Shown here piece by piece: positions 1-9,089 of a DNA stretch of 24,000 nt. Location of the stretch: NCBI RefSeq assembly GCF_009695655.1, contig NZ_VUNM01000005.1:1-24000 (forward strand), read 5' to 3'. The DNA comes from Sharpea porci (GTDB taxonomy: Bacteria > Bacillota_I > Bacilli_A > Erysipelotrichales > Coprobacillaceae). The position numbers were made by a program, and so were the translations under genes. Numbering within the stretch: the first letter of the stretch is position 1; every line of letters starts with the position of its first letter. Below the pieces are notes generated by a model. The model was not told the origin of the DNA, made no database searches, and saw nothing but the letters and a program-made list of their open reading frames with translations.

Positions 1-69
1 CTTGGAGCCATGAACATCTGCAACTCAACTGAGTATGTTGGCGATAGTAATATCAGACATACTGCGTAG
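1..69 (+). CDS. 3' end (23 codons) of an ORF entering from upstream of the window: ...LGAMNICNSTEYVGDSNIRHTA*. Possibly the C-terminal tail of a TnpB-like nuclease.
   Basis: The frame is open from nt 1 to a TAG at 67-69. GAMNI weakly resembles the (N)AAxNI tail that follows the RuvC-III Asp in TnpB-family proteins. The ORF is followed by a structured non-coding block. Too short for a firm call. Confidence 0.2.
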   Translation, partial: LGAMNICNSTEYVGDSNIRHTA

Positions 70-208
70 GGAACTATATGTTCTGCCCTATGATGGGTGA
101 TGGCACACCCATACCTTGCACTACGACTTAACAGAAATGTAATGGTCAGCCACTATGTAGTGGCAGGTAGCAAGAATCCCCTGCCTTTAGGCATGGGGAG
201 TGTCAATC
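70..208 (+). ncRNA. Hairpin-dense, GC-elevated non-coding block. Candidate structured RNA: an omega/reRNA-like transposon right end and/or the pepF terminator.
   Basis: Stems read directly from the sequence: ATGGGTG(93-99)/CACCCAT(106-112); GCCACTA(149-155)/TAGTGGC(158-164); GGCAGG(162-167)/CCTGCC(180-185); CCCCTGCC(178-185)/GGCA-T-GGGG(190-198). The last two share a strand, so they are mutually exclusive or form a pseudoknot. Composition changes abruptly to AT-rich at the pepF stop codon (209). Confidence 0.3.
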
Positions 209-2017
209 TTATGAATTTTCTAATTTCTTTAATGTTTCTTCAACATCATCCAAGATACTCGCAAATTTCTTGAGTGCTCTTGCCACTGGTGCAGATGTTG
301 TGAAATCAACACCAGCATGTTTTAATTCATCAAGTGGATAAGCTGAACCACCCATTGATAAGAATTCAAGATATTTCTTTACAGCCTCATCACCATCATT
401 CAAGATAGCTTCACTTAAAGCAACAGCTGCTGAATAGCTTGTAGCATATTTATAGACATAGAAAGGACGATAGAAATGTGGAATTCTTGCCCATTCATAC
501 TTCACTTCATCATCAATAACTAAGTCTTCACCAAAGTATTCTTGAATAAGTTTCTTATAGAGATTGTTAAGACTTGAAGCTATCAATGCCTCTCCTGCTT
601 CAGCCATTCTATGCGCATCACGTTCAAATTCCGCAAACATCGTCTGACGGTAAACAGTGCCCTTAAAGCCTTCAAGATACTGATTCAAGAGAGCAAGACG
701 TTCTTTTGGGTCGGTTGTCTTGGCAAGCAATTGTTCAATTAAGAGATTTTCATTAACTGTTGAAGCCACTTCAGCAACGAATAATGTATAATCGGCATTT
801 TGTGGTTCCTGGGTATGATTGCTTAGCCATGTATGCTGGGAATGCCCCATTTCATGTGCAAGCGTACTTACTGAATCCAAAGTACCTGTAAAGTTTGTCA
901 GAATGAATGGGTTGGAATCGTAGGTTCCACTTGAGAAAGCCCCACCACGCTTACCAGCATTTGGATAGACATCAATCCAGCCATCATGATAAGCCTGCTT
1001 AACACGATTGACATAATCTTCACCAAGCGGCTTAACAGCTTCTAAAACCATCTCCTGTGCTTCTTCATAAGTATAATGCTTTGTCGAACCTGGCATTAAT
1101 GGTGTATAGAGATCATAGTAATGTAATTCATCAAGATGAAGCATCTTTTTTCTTAAAGCAACATAGCGATACATCTGATTCATATATTCATGAACTGTAT
1201 CTACTAAGCCATCATAGACACTTTCAGGCACATGTTCATGAGCCATGCTCATTGCTCGTGAAGATGAATAATGTCTCACTTTCGCACTGGCTACTGCTTC
1301 TTTAACATTGGCATTATAAGTAGCGGCAAAAGTATTGATATGTCCTTTATAACTCTTATAGAAGCTCTCAAAAGCATTCTTTCTAAGCATACGATCAGTA
1401 TTTGTCTCTAAGAGTATATAATTACTTTCTGTTAGCTGATGCTTCTCTCCATGACTGTCTTCAACATCATCAAAAGTCATGTCAGCATCCTGTAGGTTTT
1501 CACTGATCTTGCCAGGAGCGGACAAAACTTCTGTATAGGCAGCTAACAGGGCTTCTTCTTTTGATGAAAGGACATGTGGCTTTGCATCAAGTAATTTCTG
1601 CATTATAAACTTATAAGGCTTCAGCAATTCATCCTGCATAATATCTTCCATTGTCTTTTCATCAAGGGAAAGGATTTCTGGTTCAGCAAAGCTTATTGCA
1701 GTAGCATATTTTGTATAGATTTCAATAGCTTTAGCTTCCATTGCCTGACCATCATTATTACGTGTATCTTCACAATTTCTTAATGATGCATAACAATAAT
1801 AATCAGAGAGCTTACGAGAAAGCTTTGTATCAAAATCAAAGAATGCACGAAGATTCTTTGCATTATGAAGTGTTCCTTGATAAAGACTAAGCTGGTTGAT
1901 CATATCTTCAAGCTGATCTTTTTCTTTAGCCCAAGTCTCATCATCTTTATATAGTGTTGATAAATCCCACATATATTCAGGATCCATATCTTTACGTTCT
2001 TTTAATGTCTCTGCCAT
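209..2017 (-). CDS. pepF: Oligoendopeptidase F (M3B zinc metallopeptidase)
   Basis: 602 aa. HEMGH zinc motif in the context LAHEMGHSQH. Length and overall pattern are typical of PepF. RBS GAGGAG lies upstream of the ATG. Confidence 0.93.
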   Translation of the reverse strand: MAETLKERKDMDPEYMWDLSTLYKDDETWAKEKDQLEDMINQLSLYQGTLHNAKNLRAFFDFDTKLSRKLSDYYCYASLRNCEDTRNNDGQAMEAKAIEIYTKYATAISFAEPEILSLDEKTMEDIMQDELLKPYKFIMQKLLDAKPHVLSSKEEALLAAYTEVLSAPGKISENLQDADMTFDDVEDSHGEKHQLTESNYILLETNTDRMLRKNAFESFYKSYKGHINTFAATYNANVKEAVASAKVRHYSSSRAMSMAHEHVPESVYDGLVDTVHEYMNQMYRYVALRKKMLHLDELHYYDLYTPLMPGSTKHYTYEEAQEMVLEAVKPLGEDYVNRVKQAYHDGWIDVYPNAGKRGGAFSSGTYDSNPFILTNFTGTLDSVSTLAHEMGHSQHTWLSNHTQEPQNADYTLFVAEVASTVNENLLIEQLLAKTTDPKERLALLNQYLEGFKGTVYRQTMFAEFERDAHRMAEAGEALIASSLNNLYKKLIQEYFGEDLVIDDEVKYEWARIPHFYRPFYVYKYATSYSAAVALSEAILNDGDEAVKKYLEFLSMGGSAYPLDELKHAGVDFTTSAPVARALKKFASILDDVEETLKKLENS

Positions 2018-2079
2018 TTTTTATCACTCCTCTTTTCTATGAGTATAGCACTTTTTACCACTTCGCTCTAGAAACATGA

Positions 2080-4533
2080 TTAATCAATAATTGTTCTCTT
2101 CAGCATTTCACAAATACCAGAAACGCCATCTCCTGGCTTCCAGAAAGTGACATAGCCTTCAAGAGAACTTGCTTTTTCAACCAATGATGGCACACTTTCA
2201 TCAACAACAATCCAACATTTATACTGACTATTTTTTGCATCCTGAATCATATTACTAGCTGCACTATGCCCATCTAAAGCAAGAAGCAAGGATGGTCGGC
2301 GCTTAAAGATTTCAAAAGCAAAGCTCTTATAAACACCTAGTGGGGATGATTCAATGGATATGCGTACACCAACATCTTCCTTTTTGATACGTTCTGCTTC
2401 CTTACTTGTCAGCATCTTAGGGACAAAGCTATAGACTTCAAATCCTTTGGCATGATCCAAAAGATATTTCTCATAACCGGACATGCTTGAACCAATCACA
2501 AAGAAGACCTCTTCTTTATTCACACTTTCAATGAGTTCATCAAGAAGATGACATTCATCTTCTTTTAGTTCTGTTTGATGATTGACATTATTAAATGATC
2601 CACCAACAATCACAATAGGAATCTTATGAAGTGGCAATGGATGAATCTTTGTGACAAGAAAGAGAGAAGCTTCAATATTACGGCTTGTAGGCATCAATGT
2701 AATCATATGATGTTTCTCTTTTTCAAGACGTTCATTGTAATAGTTGACCACGCTTTGTGTGCCAAGTGCTTCCTTAAAGTCTTTCATCTTCTCATGAAAT
2801 TCTTGCATAGCTGTATGACAAATCGTCTGCTCAACATCATGCATTTTCTTCATTTCATCAAAGCTTAAGTCAAGCATCCGTTCAAGAGACAACTGCTCAT
2901 CAATGGAATTCGTCCCATAAAGCGCACCACCATCTGTTCCCTGAACGCAGCGAATATCATTTCTTAAATAGTCTTTTAAGGGATGATGCGTTAATTCTGT
3001 CAGGTTGTTAAGTCTTACATTGGATGTAATTTGGAATTCAAGAGCTATTCGATAATCTTTAAGCTTTTCTAAAAGTAGCTTGCCTTTTTTACTATCGAGA
3101 GCAGGCGTATAGAGACCATGACCTAAGCGTACATGGGGAAAGAACTGACCGGGTGCGAGCGCCTTTTCTACTTCAAGCACGCTATTGAGGACATTATCTG
3201 GCAGGGAGTCATTCTCTCCGGCATGGAATCTGATGACAAAGCTAGGAATATCTTTCGCTATAGCGACAATCGCCTGTATAACTGAAGAGAGCTCACGAAT
3301 ATCATTCATTTCTTCACCCACGAAATCACTTCCAGCAACATAGGGATCATTAGCTACAGCTTTTAATACTTGCAGATTTTCATTAAAGACATTCTGACTT
3401 ACCCGATCTTTGACAATCGTCAAAGGAATACGTCTAAAAGCACATAGAAAACGTAATGTTACGCCTGTTTCCTTTGTGATTGCCGGCATGACTTCATGGA
3501 TTTGTGCAAGGGTATGGGCTGCTTCACTTGCCTTGACAAGCGCTGTATCCGATATTTCTGCATAAGTCACTCCAACCTTCTGATAACTTCTTGCAACAAA
3601 AAGTAATTGATCTTGATAAAGAGTATTATAACGATAGACAGGATTTCGACGATCTAAGTCCATTTGTTTTAATGCATTAACAATATCTTCATCGTCAATA
3701 TCTTCAATATGTTCTAAGGCAATAGGATCAAGTACACTTGTCCCTTTGGTAAAGACATAACGATAAATATAGACTTTCTCAAGATTTGTGAAAACAGCCT
3801 GACCATCTTTCATAACAGCGAGTGAAGTTCTGATCTTGGCTATATTCTCTGAAGCATGTTCAAGATTTTCCAGAATGAGACTTGCGAAATTGAGATAGGT
3901 ATGATCATCAATCTTACGATCTAAGTATTTTCCCTTTAATTGACTATAAGCAAATGATCGAGCAATAGTCTGTCTTCGATTTTCTAATAGTGCTCTTTGT
4001 GTAGGGGTGATATTGAGTTGTAGTTTCTTAATATAATAATAAGGATAACGTAACTGATGATGAATAGCTAAGGCAATAAGAATATCGGGCGAAAGATTCG
4101 CAGAACGATGGGTATGAAGATCACTATGGAACTTCACTTCTTTACGAATATAAGTCTTTACAAGTGTCTTCTCAATATCAAGCTTATAGTCCTTAGTCTG
4201 ACTCATCAGAGTTTTCGCAATGGCTGGCACATAGGCCTTACGCTCTATGCGTCCATCAGGATAAATATTTGCCACCTTTGTATTATGGAAACGTAAAATA
4301 TAGACCATTTCATTATCACCATCATAAAAACAAGGCACATCACCTTTAATAATTTTATATCCATAGTCATCATAACGAATTTCTAGCTCACAGACCTTTG
4401 CGAGATTCGTTATTAAATTACCTGTTTGATGATGTGGCGAAGTAATGACATAGGATAAATCATCCCCCTGCATATCAAGTGTAACAATGATATCCTTTTC
4501 TTTATCAAGATAAAACTTTCCAAAATAGGCCAT
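2080..4533 (-). CDS. Multidomain protein with three parts: an unknown N-terminal domain (~aa 1-125), an adenosine/AMP-deaminase-like amidohydrolase domain (~aa 130-560), and a C-terminal Rossmann-like SLOG/LOG/DprA-like domain (~aa 635-817).
   Basis: 817 aa. The ordered deaminase-fold motif series is: FHSDLHTH (HxH, aa 136-142), VAGSDFVGEE, FHAGEN (aa 436-441), RLGHG (aa 469-473), EFQITSNV, and VQGTDGG (aa 530-536). The C-terminus alternates beta strands and glycine-rich loops: IPIVIVGGSF, VFFVIGSSMSGYEKYL, LLLALDGHSAASNMIQDA, CWIVVD. RBS GAGGAG. Confidence 0.75.
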   Translation of the reverse strand: MAYFGKFYLDKEKDIIVTLDMQGDDLSYVITSPHHQTGNLITNLAKVCELEIRYDDYGYKIIKGDVPCFYDGDNEMVYILRFHNTKVANIYPDGRIERKAYVPAIAKTLMSQTKDYKLDIEKTLVKTYIRKEVKFHSDLHTHRSANLSPDILIALAIHHQLRYPYYYIKKLQLNITPTQRALLENRRQTIARSFAYSQLKGKYLDRKIDDHTYLNFASLILENLEHASENIAKIRTSLAVMKDGQAVFTNLEKVYIYRYVFTKGTSVLDPIALEHIEDIDDEDIVNALKQMDLDRRNPVYRYNTLYQDQLLFVARSYQKVGVTYAEISDTALVKASEAAHTLAQIHEVMPAITKETGVTLRFLCAFRRIPLTIVKDRVSQNVFNENLQVLKAVANDPYVAGSDFVGEEMNDIRELSSVIQAIVAIAKDIPSFVIRFHAGENDSLPDNVLNSVLEVEKALAPGQFFPHVRLGHGLYTPALDSKKGKLLLEKLKDYRIALEFQITSNVRLNNLTELTHHPLKDYLRNDIRCVQGTDGGALYGTNSIDEQLSLERMLDLSFDEMKKMHDVEQTICHTAMQEFHEKMKDFKEALGTQSVVNYYNERLEKEKHHMITLMPTSRNIEASLFLVTKIHPLPLHKIPIVIVGGSFNNVNHQTELKEDECHLLDELIESVNKEEVFFVIGSSMSGYEKYLLDHAKGFEVYSFVPKMLTSKEAERIKKEDVGVRISIESSPLGVYKSFAFEIFKRRPSLLLALDGHSAASNMIQDAKNSQYKCWIVVDESVPSLVEKASSLEGYVTFWKPGDGVSGICEMLKRTIID

Positions 4534-4720
4534 ATTTCTTTCTCCTCGTATTTCCCCCTACTTTAACACCTTTCCTATCACAATGAAAGAAAAAGCATAA
4601 AAGAAAAAGATTCATCTTAATAGACATTTCTGAGCACTCATTGTGTTCTCCTCATCAATCAGGATGTGATTGATTAAAAAGAAGGAAACTATGAAAGACT
4701 AAAATATCTACTGCCTCAAA

Positions 4721-4764
4721 AGAAAAAGTGACGACCTCATATACTTTGATTTTGAGATCGTCAC
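4721..4764 (-). terminator. Intrinsic terminator downstream of the aldo/keto reductase gene
   Basis: On the minus strand, GTGACGATCTCA ... TGAGGTCGTCAC forms a 12-bp stem with one G-U/mismatch, followed by TTTTT. Confidence 0.7.
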
Positions 4765-4803
4765 TTTCATCATTTACAAGATACACTTTTCACTACAACA
4801 CAA

Positions 4804-5724
4804 TCATGGCAATGTCTTGCCACTTGCAAGATAGAGATCATACCATTCCTGTCTTGTCAGCTGAATGTTGGTTGCTTCACACATTTCTCTTAAATGAATG
4901 GGTGACGTTGTACCAGAGATTACTTGCATAGAAGCCGGATGTCTTAAGATCCAAGCTACGGCTATAGCAGCTTTTGTCACATGATATTTGTCACTCAGTT
5001 TTGCGAGTTCTTCATTTAATCGTGGGTAGTCAGGATGATCAATAAACGTACCTTCACTCCAGCTTGCCTGTAAAGGGCTCCAGGCTTGAATCATAATTTC
5101 ATTAAAACGGCAAAAATCAAGTACGCCACCATCTTTATCGATTGCGAGGTCTTCAGTCATATTCATATGTAAGCCACTATCGACCATCCCTGAATGAACA
5201 ATAGAGAATTGGAGTTGATTAGCGACAATGGACTGGTTGGCATACATCTGTAAAAGTCTCATCTGGCCAGGCGTGTGATTGGAAACACCAAACTGACATA
5301 CTTTGCCCTGTTTATTTAAGGTGTTGAATGCATCAGCTACTTCCTCATAATCACAAAGGGCATCAGGACGATGTAATAAAAGAAGATCAAGATGATCCGT
5401 ATGCAGTCTTTCTAGCGTTCCATTAACTGCATTGATAATATAATCCTTTGAGAAATCATAACGTTTTCCAGGCACAATGCCACACTTACTCTGAATAATC
5501 ATTTTTTCTCTTAGTTCAGGGCGTTTAGCAAGCACTTCGCCAAAGATTTCTTCACTCTTTCCACCACCATAGATATCCGCATGATCAAAGAAATTAATGC
5601 CACAATCAAGAGCTGTATCAATCAGTTCTTCGACTTCTTGTACACTCTTATTCGCAATGCGCATACAACCCATACCGATGGCAGAAACATGATATTGCGT
5701 ATTAGATAATTGATAATATTTCAT
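4804..5724 (-). CDS. Aldo/keto reductase family oxidoreductase (YdhF-like)
   Basis: 306 aa. Motifs: FDHADIYGGG, HLDLLLLHRPD, GKVCQFGVSNH. RBS AGGAGG. Confidence 0.9.
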   Translation of the reverse strand: MKYYQLSNTQYHVSAIGMGCMRIANKSVQEVEELIDTALDCGINFFDHADIYGGGKSEEIFGEVLAKRPELREKMIIQSKCGIVPGKRYDFSKDYIINAVNGTLERLHTDHLDLLLLHRPDALCDYEEVADAFNTLNKQGKVCQFGVSNHTPGQMRLLQMYANQSIVANQLQFSIVHSGMVDSGLHMNMTEDLAIDKDGGVLDFCRFNEIMIQAWSPLQASWSEGTFIDHPDYPRLNEELAKLSDKYHVTKAAIAVAWILRHPASMQVISGTTSPIHLREMCEATNIQLTRQEWYDLYLASGKTLP

Positions 5725-5777
5725 AACAAATCCTCCTACTACTATTATGCATCACAAGAAGAAGGAAGAAAAGATGA

Positions 5778-6890
5778 TTAAGCTAAATTAGGATCGATTG
5801 TGATATAGACAAGTAATTGAGGATGTAAAGCAAGAATTTTATTCTTGATGGTCTTTTTTGTTTCTTGGGGGTTGTTGTGATCAAAGTCAACGACGGCATC
5901 AAAGCGAACAGCATGCTTTTCTTTATCATAATAGAATCCATGCATTTCATGAACATGGGGCTCATTGTCAATAATCGCTTGAACATCATTTCTTAAACGA
6001 ATAACCTCTTTATCGCTTGTATTAATAGAATAGATGGAGACACCAGTAAGAAAAACATGAGTCTTTTGTTTCACTTCGCTGACAATCCAGCGGGTTAATA
6101 CATCGATGTCTTCAGCCTTCATCGTATCGAGTACCGCAATATGAACAGATCCCGTATGGGCTACTGGTCCATAGTTATTAATCACCACATCATATGTTCC
6201 TTTAACAGCCTCATGACTATTGATAATATCTTTAATTTCACTAATCAATGTTTTATCAAGATGTTCGCCTAGAAGACGTGAAACCGAATCCCTTAACATC
6301 ATCACACCACTATATATAATAATGATTGATATCAACAAGCCAACAATACCCGCAAGCTGAATATGAAAAAGCATATAAACAACACCAGAAATAAGTGTCC
6401 CAAGAGAAATGAGTGAATGGGTCAGTTCTTCCCTACCCGCATGGACTAAGGCACTGGACTGATAGAGATGACCCGTATGAATATCATGTCGACCCACAAA
6501 TATACGTGCTATTAAAGAAATGACAACGACAAGTAGCGTATAGAAATGCATTTCTGGTTCAGAAGGATGCAGGATTTTATCAAATGATTCAATAAATGCT
6601 GTAATGCCTGCATAGGTGACTAAGCCAGCAACAATTAATCCACTCATATATTCTATGCGTCCATAGCCAAAGGGATGTTTATGGTCAGCCTGTTTACCAG
6701 CATACTTTGTTCCTAAAACAGTAATTACCGAACCAGCTGCTTCAGTGATATGTGACAATCCATCCAACATAACCGCAAAAGAGCCTACAAACAACCCTTC
6801 TAATGCTTCTAGTAAAGCTAACAGCACATTGACAATCGCTGCATGTGTTCCTGCTTTGACAACTTCATCTCTTCTTTTATTCTCATTCAT
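5778..6890 (-). CDS. Cation diffusion facilitator (CDF) family metal efflux transporter
   Basis: 370 aa. Six N-terminal hydrophobic helices, an HxxxD-like site (VGRHDIHTGH), and a cytoplasmic C-terminal domain typical of CDF proteins. Confidence 0.85.
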   Translation of the reverse strand: MNENKRRDEVVKAGTHAAIVNVLLALLEALEGLFVGSFAVMLDGLSHITEAAGSVITVLGTKYAGKQADHKHPFGYGRIEYMSGLIVAGLVTYAGITAFIESFDKILHPSEPEMHFYTLLVVVISLIARIFVGRHDIHTGHLYQSSALVHAGREELTHSLISLGTLISGVVYMLFHIQLAGIVGLLISIIIIYSGVMMLRDSVSRLLGEHLDKTLISEIKDIINSHEAVKGTYDVVINNYGPVAHTGSVHIAVLDTMKAEDIDVLTRWIVSEVKQKTHVFLTGVSIYSINTSDKEVIRLRNDVQAIIDNEPHVHEMHGFYYDKEKHAVRFDAVVDFDHNNPQETKKTIKNKILALHPQLLVYITIDPNLA

Positions 6891-6967
6891 AATAACTCCT
6901 CACTGCATGCTTTTTTATTGTCGATTCTATCACTTTCTATTACAATACTTGAGAAAGTGAGGTATTT

Positions 6968-7678
6968 ATGAATCTAAAAGCTATGCGCAGAACAACCATC
7001 ATTCTGCTTATTCTCTCAATTATTATTTATCTCATCCAGATTCTCATCTTTAATGATCCACGGACGACCTTCTTCTATATTCTGCAAGATTTAGCCTTTA
7101 TGCCTATTACGATTGCCTTTGCGACACTCATGGTTGGTGAAGTGCTCAATTGGCGTGAAAAGAATGAACGCAAGGAAAAGACACGTATGTTGACAAGTAC
7201 ATTCTTTACAGAAATAGGTGCTATCCTTGCCCATTATACACTTTCTATGACCCAAGAGGATGATTTTTTGCATCTTGTGGCAAGAAATGGCGGCCATATT
7301 GACAACATGACAGAAGATGAAATCATCCAAAAACTTGAACATCATAAAATCAAAGTTAAGCTCAATAAAGAAGGCTATGAAAAAGCACGTAATCTCATCC
7401 TTTCTAACCAGACAAACCTTCTTGTCATCAGTTCCAACCCCTTAATACTTGACCACGAATATTTTACGGAAATGCTTTGGGGTGTTTTTCATTTAATTGA
7501 TGAATTCCGTTTGCGAGGAGAATGGGAGGCGCTCTCTCCAACTGATATTGCTCATCTTAATGCGGACTTTGCCAAGGTCTTACGCTTAATGCTGATTAAT
7601 TGGATTGGTAATAGTGAATATCTCGCTAAAAACTATCCTGCTTTCTATAATGTTGCCTTCAATAAACTTGATTATTAA
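6968..7678 (+). CDS. Hypothetical membrane-anchored protein: two N-terminal TM helices plus a helical cytoplasmic domain
   Basis: 236 aa. RBS GTGAGG. Divergent from the CDF gene. I recognise no family motif. Confidence 0.6.
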   Translation: MNLKAMRRTTIILLILSIIIYLIQILIFNDPRTTFFYILQDLAFMPITIAFATLMVGEVLNWREKNERKEKTRMLTSTFFTEIGAILAHYTLSMTQEDDFLHLVARNGGHIDNMTEDEIIQKLEHHKIKVKLNKEGYEKARNLILSNQTNLLVISSNPLILDHEYFTEMLWGVFHLIDEFRLRGEWEALSPTDIAHLNADFAKVLRLMLINWIGNSEYLAKNYPAFYNVAFNKLDY

Positions 7679-7698
7679 GACAATTATCGATAATTTAG

Positions 7699-7727
7699 TA
7701 TCCATTATTTCTGTTTGTGTGTATAAT
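7699..7727 (+). promoter_or_regulatory. Candidate sigma-70-type promoter for the YnbB-like gene
   Basis: Perfect TATAAT at 7722-7727. The -35 (TATCCA) at 17-nt spacing is weak. Confidence 0.3.
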
Positions 7728-7759
7728 GTCCAATGTTAAGAAAGTTGTAGGTATAATGA

Positions 7760-9013
7760 ATGATTTTAGATGATATTGATCAAGAATTGCTTAGTCTTGC
7801 GAAAGAGGCAGATGAAGCATTACAAGAAGAATATAAGAAAATCGAAGCCTTAAGTCTTAAAGCTTCAAACAAAGTCCTTTCGGCTTTTATTAAAAATGGT
7901 GTTTCCTATTCTGATTTTGCGGATGTGAATGGTTATGGGGACTTTGATCCTGGCCGTGATAAAATTGAAAATATCTTTGCGAGAGTACTCGGTGCACAGG
8001 ATGCATTAGTCAGACCACAAATCATGAGTGGGACAAATGCTATTTATTTAACCCTTTCTGCTTTATTAAAATATGGTGATACAATGATTTCTTTAACCGG
8101 TGATCCTTATGATTCCCTGCAGGAAATGATTGGTTTATTTGGTTCATCATCACAATCCCTTAAAGCCCATGGGGTTAAATATGAACAGATTGACTTAATC
8201 AATAATGAATTTGATGAAACAAAAATTGTTGAACGTTTGAAAAGAAACGATGTGAAGCTTGTCGAAATTCAACGTTCCAAAGGCTATTCCCATCGTAAGT
8301 CATTAACAATAAGTCGTATTGCATCTATTATTAGTAAAATTCGTGAAGTGAATAAAGATGTAATTATTATGGTTGATAACTGTTATGGTGAACTTGTCGA
8401 AGAGAAGGAACCATGTGATGTGGGGGCCAATATATGTGTTGGTAGCTTGATGAAGAATTTGGGTGGAGGTATTGCCCAGACTGGTGGCTATGTCGCTGGT
8501 GATGAAGATCTCATCAAGATGGTGGCTGAACGCTTAACTGCCCCTGGTATTGGTAAATCCCAAGGTGCCAACTTCAATAAAAACAACGAATTCTTTAAAG
8601 GGATTTTCATGGCCCCAAATGCCGTTAAGAATGCTTTAAAGACACAGGTTTTCGCTAGCTATATGCTAGAAAAGCTAGGCTTCAAAAATGTCAGCCCACG
8701 CTATAATGAAGAACGTACAGATATCATCCAGACGGTCGAACTAGGTACACTTGAAAACCTTACACATTTTGCCCAGGGCATTCAGTCTGCTTCACCCATT
8801 GATTCCTTTGTCAGAGTCATGGCTGCACCAATGCCTGGATATCCATTTGATGAAATCATGGCCGCAGGCAGCTTTACTCAAGGTTCAACAATTGAACTTT
8901 CAGCTGATGCACCTGCCATTGCCCCCTATACGCTCTATATGCAAGGTGGTCTTTCCTTTGAATATGGCCGTCTTTCCATCCTATTAGCCCTATCAAAAGT
9001 AAAACAAGCTTAG
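7760..9013 (+). CDS. PLP-dependent methionine gamma-lyase / C-S lyase family protein (aluminium-resistance / YnbB-type)
   Basis: 417 aa. Family-typical SGTNAI and EIQRSKGY (PLP lysine) motifs and typical length. Confidence 0.85.
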   Translation: MILDDIDQELLSLAKEADEALQEEYKKIEALSLKASNKVLSAFIKNGVSYSDFADVNGYGDFDPGRDKIENIFARVLGAQDALVRPQIMSGTNAIYLTLSALLKYGDTMISLTGDPYDSLQEMIGLFGSSSQSLKAHGVKYEQIDLINNEFDETKIVERLKRNDVKLVEIQRSKGYSHRKSLTISRIASIISKIREVNKDVIIMVDNCYGELVEEKEPCDVGANICVGSLMKNLGGGIAQTGGYVAGDEDLIKMVAERLTAPGIGKSQGANFNKNNEFFKGIFMAPNAVKNALKTQVFASYMLEKLGFKNVSPRYNEERTDIIQTVELGTLENLTHFAQGIQSASPIDSFVRVMAAPMPGYPFDEIMAAGSFTQGSTIELSADAPAIAPYTLYMQGGLSFEYGRLSILLALSKVKQA

Positions 9014-9038
9014 AAGAGTATCTTCTAGGCTTGTTTTC
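9002..9038 (+). terminator. Intrinsic terminator overlapping the stop codon of the YnbB-like gene
   Basis: AAACAAGCTTAGAAGA-gta-TCTTCTAGGCTTGTTT forms a 16-bp stem with one mismatch and ends in a T-run. Confidence 0.75.
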
Positions 9039-9065
9039 ATCTAACATCTTTTATCATGATATGAT

Positions 9066-9089
9066 CAAAAAAGCTAGGATCACCTAGCT
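9066..9089 (-). terminator. Intrinsic terminator of the SDR gene
   Basis: AGCTAGG-tgat-CCTAGCT on the minus strand, followed by TTTTTT. The stem overlaps the TAG stop codon. Confidence 0.6.

Noticed and set aside
2080-4533. Calling the deaminase-fusion gene RADAR (RdrB) or a CRISPR-ancillary CARF-deaminase
   Set aside because: There is no RdrA-like ATPase, CARF domain, cas gene or CRISPR array adjacent or anywhere in the window. Only the deaminase fold is shared.
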